Below are positions 32,241 through 41,613 of a stretch of DNA of 64,000 bases, in pieces. Made by a program: the position numbers and the translations under genes. The stretch covers positions 580,882 through 644,881 of the forward strand of contig NW_026515638.1 in NCBI RefSeq assembly GCF_000738915.1. Direction: 5' to 3'. Source of the stretch: Nematocida ausubeli. Lineage: Eukaryota. The notes under the pieces are model-generated. The model was not told the DNA's origin. It did not search any database and worked only from the letters and a program-made list of their open reading frames with translations. Position 1 is the stretch's first letter, and every line of letters starts with the position of its first letter.

Positions 32241-33136
32241 GCCTGTAGCTTAGCCACCATCTGTTGCTCGGTTCTTTCTAGCCGGTCTATGTAGTCGTGT
32301 ACGGATGTAGATGGGTCTACTGGGAAGCTAAGTAAGGTTTTTGCTGTCAATCCATTCACTATGGTTTGCATAATTAGTCCTTGCAATTGTTCCTCTGGCA
32401 CAGGAAGTATTTGACAATGTATGGCTGTTTGTTTGACTGCTTCGTAGAAGTCTCGAATGAATAAAAAGTTCTCTTGTCTGAGGTTGGCGCCCAGGGGAGA
32501 TTGTCCTTCCTTTTCGTAGTGATGACAGATTATGTCCAGAAGGGCTTCTAGGGATGTATGTCCTTGGAGAAGGGGTTCGAGCTCCTTCGGTACTAAGTAA
32601 CTGACAAGGATCTGGAAGTTGGTGTTCATACCGAACATGGTCACTGCCCTTTGGATTCGCTTTCTCCAGAGTCTTACGAATGGTTGCATCTCTGGGGTCA
32701 TCACTGGAAGCTGGATCATTAGATGTCTCGGGGTTTTCTCAGACTCAGATTTCATGAAATAGCTGGCATTGATTGCTTGTTCTCCGAATATGGCTTTTTG
32801 CTGTTTCTCACTAACATACTCTGCTCTATCCAAGATTCTTATCTCCTCTTTTTTGGTTATGCTATTTTCTCTACTAGACTTTCGCATTAATGAATTCATT
32901 ATGACGTGCCCAAAAGGGGGCGATGAGCTAGTCTGGAGATAGTAGTCTAGAATAGAGAGTGTAGTTGTCAAGGAGGTTTTATTCTCATAATTCTGCGGAT
33001 GTCTTTGATGACTTTGACCTTTTTTATAAGTGTTGGATGTATTTCTTCTTTCTGACATGTTCCGCCTTTTCAGTATTGTTTTTACTATTTTATAGTCATT
33101 CTCTGATATATACGAGGAATCTTCCGAAAGTGTCAT
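32222..33136 (-). CDS. Gag/capsid-like protein of the LTR element
   Basis: LRQENFLFIRDFYEAV (MHR-like Q...F/Y) and QTIVNGL motifs; lies between LTR copies. Confidence 0.75.
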   Translation of the reverse strand: MTLSEDSSYISENDYKIVKTILKRRNMSERRNTSNTYKKGQSHQRHPQNYENKTSLTTTLSILDYYLQTSSSPPFGHVIMNSLMRKSSRENSITKKEEIRILDRAEYVSEKQQKAIFGEQAINASYFMKSESEKTPRHLMIQLPVMTPEMQPFVRLWRKRIQRAVTMFGMNTNFQILVSYLVPKELEPLLQGHTSLEALLDIICHHYEKEGQSPLGANLRQENFLFIRDFYEAVKQTAIHCQILPVPEEQLQGLIMQTIVNGLTAKTLLSFPVDPSTSVHDYIDRLERTEQQMVAKLQAEYEKH

Positions 33137-34774
33137 TTATTATTGATGTACTTTGATCACAGAATTAATGAAAGTGGGAATTTACCACACTTAGAAATTA
33201 ATATTTCTTCTTTTAATCTCTTTGATGTGTGGGTGTGTCTTTATCAGTCTGATATTAGTCTTATATAACCCGAATTCCAAGTTTATAAAATGTAACAGAA
33301 ATCACTCATATACTGATGCGAACCGCAGGAGGCATTTTATTAGTTCATTCGGAGTCCAATATATCTGAAAAATGTTTCCTTCTGCGTATGTGACAATCTC
33401 TTCATGACTATCCTTTTAATCTTCAAAAAGGCTCTATCAATTATAATACTTGTGTTAGCTGTTCTTCCATGAAATAAGTTCAAATATGCCATATTCTAGG
33501 CATATGAAATATTCTTCTTGTTAGAATACATTTCGCTATAAATAATTTTTCTAGCTGAGAATAGCTATGCCTCTTGTGCTAGAAAGTAAAGTCAACTATG
33601 CTTTTTCTTTCATAGGAGTATATTGAAGTACGCCAGCATATGGCCAGCTCAAATATAGGAAATCGAATTGTTTAAAGAAAACAAACTTGTTGCACATAGC
33701 TTTCTCTAATCTATGTCTTTACTTCTCTCATATAACTATAGAAAAACTCACCACATAATAATAGTTTGTATGCAGAAGCAAAAAATACAATACAGTTTTA
33801 CATATATAGTAATGCACAGGATTCAAATATGCTTTAAATTAACATATAAACAAGCAAAGATGCATTAGTGGCATAACTTTATCTAGAGGCACATTATATT
33901 ATTTAATATTACACTATAAGAAACATACTGTATTATAAGGCCTTTTTCTGAAGAAGCTCTTGTAGAAGTTTATACTTATACTCTTTATATGTGAGCACTT
34001 ACTTGTATTAGAGGTTGCATAGAATACTTCTTAGAGTAAAATGCTTATATATGATATAGAGCAGCAGCTTGCTAAGTTTAAAGAGCTATAGAAAGAAAAA
34101 TAAGAAGAAGCAATGAGCAATTAATCGTTCTTTTATCAATATGATATGTATTTGGAGGTATATCAGTATGATTGCATTTTTTGTTTATAATAGACGATGC
34201 AGCTTAGAAATGAGTTAGAAGAAAATAATTTTAGTATAAACAAGTATTCAAAGCAAACTGTTTATTGCTTTAGCTATTAGAAAGCGTACAATAAAAGCCT
34301 CATTTCTATTAGAAAAAAGGGTTCTTAAGTGTAAATATGAATAAGATATTATTGCTTTAAAGCATATTTATACGAATATATTGTTGTAGTTTTGGCATGT
34401 ATGCGCCCACACATTCAAAATGAGCTACTATTATATGTATTTATTTGTGCTAGCCAAAACTCGTGCTAGTACTATAGCAGTTATCACCGCGTCTAGTTTT
34501 AATCAGATTTAACAGAGTCAATTGCCACTTTGATTCCAAGCAGCACGCCAATTGCTGGGATTACAGAGGGCCACAGGAATAAAAGAGAGATAGCAACGGC
34601 AACGACAAAAAGAAGGACTATGCTGTATATTCTACCTCGAGGGTTAGCTGATTTCTTCTTTAAAACTACCATTAAAATTTTTTAAGCTAGATTTAGTTTT
34701 ATTTAGCTTTATTTGGCTTTACAAGCCCCAATAAAAATGTACAAATTATATAAAACTTTTACCCCTGATTTTTA

Positions 34775-36154
34775 ATGCCAGCAGGAGAGAGAAGATCCCA
34801 CCAAAGTAATAGATTTATTCTAGTACAGTTCATACTGATATATTTCTTTATACATATAGTAATATACTCATCGCACAACTACAGAGAAACAATTGCGAAG
34901 GAGATATTCGAGCTTTCTTCCAAAGAATACTCATTAGTTGAAATGATAAGTGTGATTAAGCTGGGAGGCTCCATTACATCCACCTATATATCGCAGAAGT
35001 ATATAAGGCCGCTGATTGTCACTCTAATGTCCACATGTGCGTTTATCCTAACGCTTGCCATTCTTATTAACAAAATGGTGACGGATAAAAGATTAGTCGT
35101 TCTTCTTGGATGCATCCACATAGTGGCAGACTCAGCAATTCTCCCCACGATTGACTCCGAGTGTCTAGCGGTTCTTAACAGTAGGAATATAGGGCAAAAG
35201 TACAGTAAAATCCGTGTGTTTAGTACTATAGGACATAGTATTACATACATTATAAACATAGCCATCCAGAAGATAGTTCAAGAGAATACTCTGAGCAGAA
35301 GTATTTTCCTAAACACTCTTCTGTTTGGTGCTATTGCTATTTCTTGCATTGTTTTTTCCATTGTAAATGTAGAGAGAGAGGTAATAGAAGTACTCGAAAA
35401 ACAAGCAGAAGTAGTTAGCACAAACAGTGGAAGCTCGGAATCTGTAGTGGCTGAGAATGCTAAAGAAAGCAGCGCGTTTTCTATTGTTCTGAATGGCATT
35501 ATCTATCCTTTCCGCCTTGCTGCAGAAAATGTTATGTTTATTCTTCAGATGTTCAACAAAAACTATGCAACTCTTATTTTATGTGCAATGGGCAGCGGTA
35601 TCTCCCGGTCATCGCTTCAGTCATACTTGAGCGAGTATCTGAGAGAGACACGGTCAAGCAAAGGAGAACAAGGGTACATATACTTTGTGCGGACAATCTG
35701 CGAGCTATTTGTGTGGAGCATAGTGATTTGGCTTGGAGATCGAGTGACCTTGGAGGTGCTGCTGACAGTGGGAATCTCTTTGGGCGCAACTCGATCGCTT
35801 CTCTACTCGTTTATGCCAACCAACCCGCTGATTAGAGCTTTCCTCCCCTACATTGCTGAGCTATTTAAATCCGCATACAGCGCATTATTTATCTATGTGG
35901 CCGTGAAGCTAGCACACAAGTTCTCAAAGCCTCACCAGAGAACACTTGCACAGGGAGTGTTTACTGGTGTGTACAGTGGGCTAGCGCCATTTTTAGCTGG
36001 AATACTGAGCTACAATGTCTTCTCAAGCACAGAGAGAACAGAACTCCAAAACAAAGAGCGCCTATTTAGAATAGCAGGATTGTGTGGAGTTGGAGCAGCT
36101 GCGCTATCTTCTACGATTTACATCAGGAAATATAGAAGTATGAAGCGTATTTAA
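34775..36154 (+). CDS. MFS permease (NupG/MFSD6-like)
   Basis: About 12 TM segments; YSKIRVFSTIG, RTICE and RTLAQGVF typical of MFS_1-like/NupG families. Confidence 0.8.
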   Translation: MPAGERRSHQSNRFILVQFILIYFFIHIVIYSSHNYRETIAKEIFELSSKEYSLVEMISVIKLGGSITSTYISQKYIRPLIVTLMSTCAFILTLAILINKMVTDKRLVVLLGCIHIVADSAILPTIDSECLAVLNSRNIGQKYSKIRVFSTIGHSITYIINIAIQKIVQENTLSRSIFLNTLLFGAIAISCIVFSIVNVEREVIEVLEKQAEVVSTNSGSSESVVAENAKESSAFSIVLNGIIYPFRLAAENVMFILQMFNKNYATLILCAMGSGISRSSLQSYLSEYLRETRSSKGEQGYIYFVRTICELFVWSIVIWLGDRVTLEVLLTVGISLGATRSLLYSFMPTNPLIRAFLPYIAELFKSAYSALFIYVAVKLAHKFSKPHQRTLAQGVFTGVYSGLAPFLAGILSYNVFSSTERTELQNKERLFRIAGLCGVGAAALSSTIYIRKYRSMKRI

Positions 36155-37279
36155 AACTATCTAATAAACCAGTAGTATAACCCTTTATGCATTTGTTTGC
36201 GCGCGTGCATTCTAAAAATAAGATGCACATTTACTAGAGTAGAGTGGTTTTGGATTACTACTGCATGCTTAGAAGGTCTATTCGTATTTTTTCTCTGAAG
36301 CAAACACTAAGAATGGACAAATAACATGCGATAGGTGTGGCAGAAAAGACGCCTTATTCAATACCCATATTATCTTAAAGTATTTGGAAACTATGCTATG
36401 TAAGTGCTTCTTGCCGTCACATATATACAATTGGACAAAATAGAGCATGCAGAGTTTGCAAAGTACACTAGAAGCATCTTATGAATTCGGGCTATACCGG
36501 GTTATACATAAAATAGCTTTGCGTCTCGTACACATAAGAGAACTATTGTCTTTGCAGCAGACATATAAATAGTGAATTGTGTGATAAATTCTAGCTATAA
36601 ACAAACAATGCATTGTATACTATATCATTTTAGTAAAGTGTATGAAGCTGTACAAAACAATAAAAGCAGTTCAAAGGACCTCTTTACTTCTAAATATTTA
36701 TTAAATAGTGCTGTATTTATATTTCTAATATGCAGACAATCTTGTCTGTCATTCCATAAATTATTTTATATTAATTATTCTATTGTATTATTCTTGCTAG
36801 AATTGCTGCACATCCCTATGGCCTCAGCCTAAGGCATCTATTAGGCATTTAGATCCATTTGTGTGGGTGCTCTGTGCACAAGGCACTTTTGGCATACTGC
36901 AAGGAGTATGTGCATTGCATGCATTTTCAATTTATTTTTTAAATTTTCTGGCAGAGGGGGTTCATACTCTTCTGCTCTTCTCCTTTAAGTGCTCTTCTAT
37001 CTTGTTTCTTATTTGTCTCTTCTCTTTTTCCTTTGGAGTGCACTTTTTCTTTAGCTTCTTATACTTTGATAGGCTCATTCTATTTCTTGGAACCACTTTC
37101 TCCTTTCTTTTATTTAGTACCCCCTGCACCATTCTATTTTGTATATGAAAAAATGGATTATTTCTATCTGAACCATCAAAATTATCTTTTGTTTATTTAT
37201 TTAGAATCTTACAGAAAGAGATCAATCTATAATAATATGTCTTAGACTGAATCTTAAACTATTTGTGATTTATAAACAT

Positions 37280-38140
37280 ATGACGGAGAGAACGAGACAA
37301 GAAATAGATAATCAAATGAACAATATCAATGAATATTCGGAAGAAATAAATGATGACTATGAGGGAACAGAGGAATATCCTATAGATGAATACAGAAGTG
37401 TTCCAGACTACCAAAAGAGCTACCACACACAAAATCCCTACTCATTTGAAGACGAGTACACAGAAAAAAATACATGGGAAGAGTCATTAGATAGATATGG
37501 AGAATACAGGCCAGATGACTATAACCGAGAGGGCTGGCAGTGGAATGAGAGGGAGAGAGAGGAAACTCCCGTTGCCTGGCCCACCATTGAAAAAAAGTCA
37601 AAAAAAGAGAAAAGTGCTCCGAGAAAGAAGTCAAAGTTTCGAGTCTGCACAAACTGCGGAACAACCACTACGCCTGCGTGGAGAAGAAGCACAAGTAACA
37701 AAATACTGCTGTGCAATGCCTGTGGGCTGTACCAGAGGCTGCACGGAAGCAACAGACCATTCAGTGTGACGCCCGATGGAAAAACAAAGGCAATCAAGAA
37801 TAATATTGAAAAGGGCATTTGCAGAGGATGCGGAGTGGTCCAGACCCCTCTTTGGAAAAGAGGAAACAGCAATGAGTGGCTTTGTAGCTCGTGCGGATTG
37901 CTGTACAGCCGAAGAGAAAGAGAAAGGGAGGAGTATGGGCAGGAGTGGTCAGAGTATTCACAGAGCGAGGCGTGGAAGTATACAGAGGAGTATCCTGAGG
38001 GCACGCGGTGGCATGAGAAAGAAGCCGGGCAGGACCAAGCCATTCAGTATGAGTATATGGATAAAGATGCAGAGGCAAACTATTTTGGAGATGATAGATT
38101 CAGAGGATACTTTGGATATTACGATCAGGAAAAAGAGTAG
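37280..38140 (+). CDS. GATA-type transcription factor with two zinc fingers
   Basis: CTNCGTTTTPAWRR...LCNACGLY (CX2CX18CX2C) and CRGCGVVQTPLWKRG...LCSSCGL (CX2CX17CX2C); Tyr/Glu-rich flanks; ATG 37280. Confidence 0.93.
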   Translation: MTERTRQEIDNQMNNINEYSEEINDDYEGTEEYPIDEYRSVPDYQKSYHTQNPYSFEDEYTEKNTWEESLDRYGEYRPDDYNREGWQWNEREREETPVAWPTIEKKSKKEKSAPRKKSKFRVCTNCGTTTTPAWRRSTSNKILLCNACGLYQRLHGSNRPFSVTPDGKTKAIKNNIEKGICRGCGVVQTPLWKRGNSNEWLCSSCGLLYSRREREREEYGQEWSEYSQSEAWKYTEEYPEGTRWHEKEAGQDQAIQYEYMDKDAEANYFGDDRFRGYFGYYDQEKE

Positions 38141-38268
38141 ACCCGAATATATGAAATGTGAATTAAGAAAGACCATACAAAATACAATACATAAAGCAGT
38201 CAGAGTGGAAATAAAATACAATTAGTGTAGGACAGAGGATTTATTCAATGTGAATTAATTTAAAAAAT

Positions 38269-38967
38269 ATGCAATGCATAAGTGAGATGCATCCTGCTCA
38301 GGTGGTGCGGCCTGAGTTTCTTCATAGAATGACGCACGCAGATCTGGAGAAAGTAGACGTGGAGGTGGGAAAACATCTGCCGCAGAGAGACTTTTCGGAC
38401 GCATTTGCGTGGAGAACAGTCAAAGGACTCCGTATGATTGCAGATGTTGTTTTTTACAAGAGATATGTGCACAGAGCTATTGTGTTGGAAACTGTTGCTG
38501 CGATACCCGGAATGGTGGGCGGACTGATCCGGCATCTGAAATCCCTTCGAAAGATGGAAGATGACACCAATATTCGGGTACTTCTGGCGGAGGCAGAGAA
38601 TGAAAGAATGCATCTCATGACGTGGATGGAAGTTGCTAAGCCTCTGCTTCTAGAGAGGCTCATTGTTATGGCCCTGCAGGGCGTGTTTTTCAATGCATAT
38701 CTGATGCTATACATTGTATCAGCAAAGACAGCGCACAGACTCGTAGGGTACTTGGAGGAGGAGGCAATTATCTCGTATACAGAGATGGTAAGAGAGATTC
38801 AAGCTGGAATAATTCCAAATACGCCAGCACCAGAGATAGCCAAGAAGTACTGGAACTTAGGAGAAGATGCCACTCTGTTGGATGTAACACTGGCAATTCG
38901 GGCTGACGAGGCAACACACCGAGATACAAATCACGAGATCGCGGACGTCTTAGAAGGAATTGAGTAG
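38269..38967 (+). CDS. AOX: Alternative oxidase (ubiquinol oxidase)
   Basis: LETVAAIPGMVGG, EAENERMHL, HRLVGYLEEEAIISY and RADEATHRDTNH, so all diiron ligands are present. Confidence 0.97.
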   Translation: MQCISEMHPAQVVRPEFLHRMTHADLEKVDVEVGKHLPQRDFSDAFAWRTVKGLRMIADVVFYKRYVHRAIVLETVAAIPGMVGGLIRHLKSLRKMEDDTNIRVLLAEAENERMHLMTWMEVAKPLLLERLIVMALQGVFFNAYLMLYIVSAKTAHRLVGYLEEEAIISYTEMVREIQAGIIPNTPAPEIAKKYWNLGEDATLLDVTLAIRADEATHRDTNHEIADVLEGIE

Positions 38968-39290
38968 AAGTTTTATGGTGTGGTCTTTACACTTTTGGTA
39001 TGCATATTTTCTCTTAGAAGGGATCTGCAGCTTTCAAAATAAATACTTTAGGACAAATGCTCTAGGTACGAATGGTGGATTTATGAAGCTGTGACACGTG
39101 GTGGCTTGTAGAGTTCCATGTATGCGGCCTGAATATTTTTGTCTTTTTATATGCTTGTCTAGAATGGCGGCTGGCCAAGGCTGCATTGCAAAGGTAGGTA
39201 CTCTATGCCTGGAATATGAGTATGCAATTCTGGCATGCATGGGAAAATACCCAGCCAAAGAAATAGCAATATGCACCCTTTATTCGGGTT

Positions 39291-39878
39291 ATGTCCACTC
39301 TATTATTAGCTAATTGGTCACTGCGTGAGTGGATGGGGATAAGTAATATAGGCCCCCTGAAATGCTCCAATATGAATAGATACTCTATGCTCAAGCGAAA
39401 GCTGCTAAATATAAAGTATTGGATAGCTGGGTACTCCAAGACAGAGCAGTGCATTAGACGTACCTTGAGCAACTACGAAACAGATGCGTTAAAAGAGGTT
39501 GGCCTTCTCATTTCTGCTGCATTTATGTGCCCAAAGCTACTGAGCAGAGCTCTAGAGATTGCGCTTGCCCGGCTAGATGCATATGATAGCATTTTGTTTC
39601 CTAAGCATATCCAGTACTATAAGTCTCTTCTTTTTATACAAAAAGTATGCATGGTAAGCACATCTGCAGAGGAAGAGGTGAAAAAGCACTACATCAAAAT
39701 ACTAGCCTTTGCATTCTATGACAAGGAGTGCGACAATCTTGATACGAGCATTCGGATCTCGTCCACCTCCATTCTCAAGCAAATAAACAAAAGCGACATG
39801 CCAAGCTTGCAGAGCCACACAACCTTTATGACATGCCTGTCACATAGAGACATGAACAGCATGGAATCACAGGGCTAG
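39291..39878 (+). CDS. Hypothetical protein
   Basis: 195-aa ORF with no recognisable motif. Confidence 0.45.
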   Translation: MSTLLLANWSLREWMGISNIGPLKCSNMNRYSMLKRKLLNIKYWIAGYSKTEQCIRRTLSNYETDALKEVGLLISAAFMCPKLLSRALEIALARLDAYDSILFPKHIQYYKSLLFIQKVCMVSTSAEEEVKKHYIKILAFAFYDKECDNLDTSIRISSTSILKQINKSDMPSLQSHTTFMTCLSHRDMNSMESQG

Positions 39879-40117
39879 AAACATTCTTTAAGCACCAAAA
39901 AACTTTATATGCCTGCGAAAAGTAACTACTGGTGTCAAAAGAAGAGTAGACTGCATGCATTTACATAATCCAAGTTTGCGGGTAAAAAGTGGCCAATTGT
40001 GTGCATGTTGACTAGTATGCTGATAGAATATGTGTGAAGTATGAGGATTGACCAATCAGTGCTTATCAGGATGGCGCTGCCTGTGGTATAATAGAGCGGC
40101 TGAAAAGCATAGCTACC

Positions 40118-40591
40118 ATGAATCTTGTGAAAATATTAGTAATGCTTTGCTGTTTAAACAATGATGCATGTGCAGAGCAAGACTCTTCTAACATTTTTCA
40201 TTTAGGTGGAAACTCCATAATCAAGTGCAACATAGCAGAGGGATTTAATGGCCACGCCTCTCTATGGCCAGTAATAGCAAAAAACCTCCAGCGGCCAGGA
40301 AATGTTATTTCGTACGTTGTTCTGGTGCATGTCATAAACATGCCTGAAGTCCAAATGGCCAGCACCAAAGCCGACTATGGGGGAATAGCTAGTATAAACT
40401 TTAATTCAAGCGGGCAGGACGGGAAAGACATAGGCATACTTCTGGAAATGGATATCTCTAATGCTGCAGAAGAGCAAACCAGCCTATATGTAAATGAGAT
40501 TGTTTCAAATGACCACATAGGAGCACAGCACGGCCTGCGGCTGTTTGCTGTTGCAATTCAAAAAGGAATTCCTGAAGACAATACGAAATAA
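40118..40591 (+). CDS. Small secreted hypothetical protein
   Basis: Signal-peptide-like N-terminus MNLVKILVMLCCL; beta-rich body. Confidence 0.6.
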   Translation: MNLVKILVMLCCLNNDACAEQDSSNIFHLGGNSIIKCNIAEGFNGHASLWPVIAKNLQRPGNVISYVVLVHVINMPEVQMASTKADYGGIASINFNSSGQDGKDIGILLEMDISNAAEEQTSLYVNEIVSNDHIGAQHGLRLFAVAIQKGIPEDNTK

Positions 40592-40809
40592 ATAGAGTAT
40601 TTATAATGGGTGTGGATAATTTTTAGAATATAAAGCGCAGCAAAATCTTAAAGCCGTTTAGCTGTTTATAAATCCCTATGTACATTATATTTATGCCTGC
40701 AGCATATTCTCTATTTGAAATAATCTGTTCTAAGCGCCTGTTCTAGTGAGGTCCACTGAATCAGTCTATTTATGAGCGCGCATACACAAGATATAACTCG
40801 AATGCTTAA

Positions 40810-41136
40810 TGTGGTAAAATTACCACTCCTTCGGAAATTCCTTATACCGACAGGGGGTTCAAAAATAAAATGATAGCGATGGTAGATCATCACTATCTCA
40901 AGATCAAAACCCTACTATAAATACAGATGCAATTCTGCAAAGGGAGCAGCAAGGGTGGACAATGGAACGAGCAATAAAATTTATGAGAAAGACTACCGGA
41001 CATGGCAAGTCAAATATGAATCCAAGATCCCAGCGAGATACGCAGGACATGAATAAAAGTTCTTCTTTAAGTAAGATGTTGTCCCTCTTGGGTTATTACT
41101 TCCAGGCTATGACGCTTCCGCCATCGTGGCACGTCA
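40810..41136 (+). mobile_element. Diverged solo LTR related to family B
   Basis: TGTGGTAAAA...GGCACGTCA termini shared with the other B copies; 5-bp TSD CTTAA (40805-40809 and 41137-41141). Confidence 0.88.
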
Positions 41137-41613
41137 CTTAAATAGTATTTTTAGACCTTCTTTTTTGTAATATGCAGACACAGTCCTTAATAAGCCTTTT
41201 TATAGAAAGGCATGTACTTATATAACGAACTCTCTAACTGCAGTAGGCTTTAAATCATTTCACTGCTGCTGCCTTTGCCAAGGTCATAGTGCAATCAAAC
41301 TATATTCTTCTTCCAGTTAAAAAGTTTGCTTGTAGTACGGGTTGTACTATAGGAATTTACAGCAACAGTAGAAGGAAACTCTTCTAGGCATATAATACAA
41401 AAAGCCCGAATATATTTCGAATTTAAAAAACTAAGTTGCTTGCATTTTAAACTCTATGCGCAAATACTTACTGCGTATAGCTGCACTGTTTGGCAGTATT
41501 GAGGAGGGAAAGATGGTCTTTGCAGTTAGCTAGAAAACATCAGAGTGTGCATCAGAAATACTATAACCAGTGAAAAAACTTTAAATTATAAAACTAAAAC
41601 ATACTTTTTTATT

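Larger units (their letters stand above)
32005..33189 (-). mobile_element. Internally deleted Ty3/gypsy-like LTR retrotransposon (family B)
   Basis: On the minus strand: 5' LTR 33189-32902 (TGTGG...CGTCA), gag-like ORF, integrase remnant 32240-32101, deleted 3' LTR 32100-32005 ending in GGGCACGTCA; flanks show no matching TSD. Confidence 0.85.

Noticed and set aside
33291..33395. TGTAAC...GTGACA segment resembling a mini LTR
   Set aside because: Only about 105 bp, no TSD, no other copy
39098..39313. Upstream ORF possibly frameshift-joined to 39291-39878
   Set aside because: No ATG at its start, no homology evidence and no slippery site recognised
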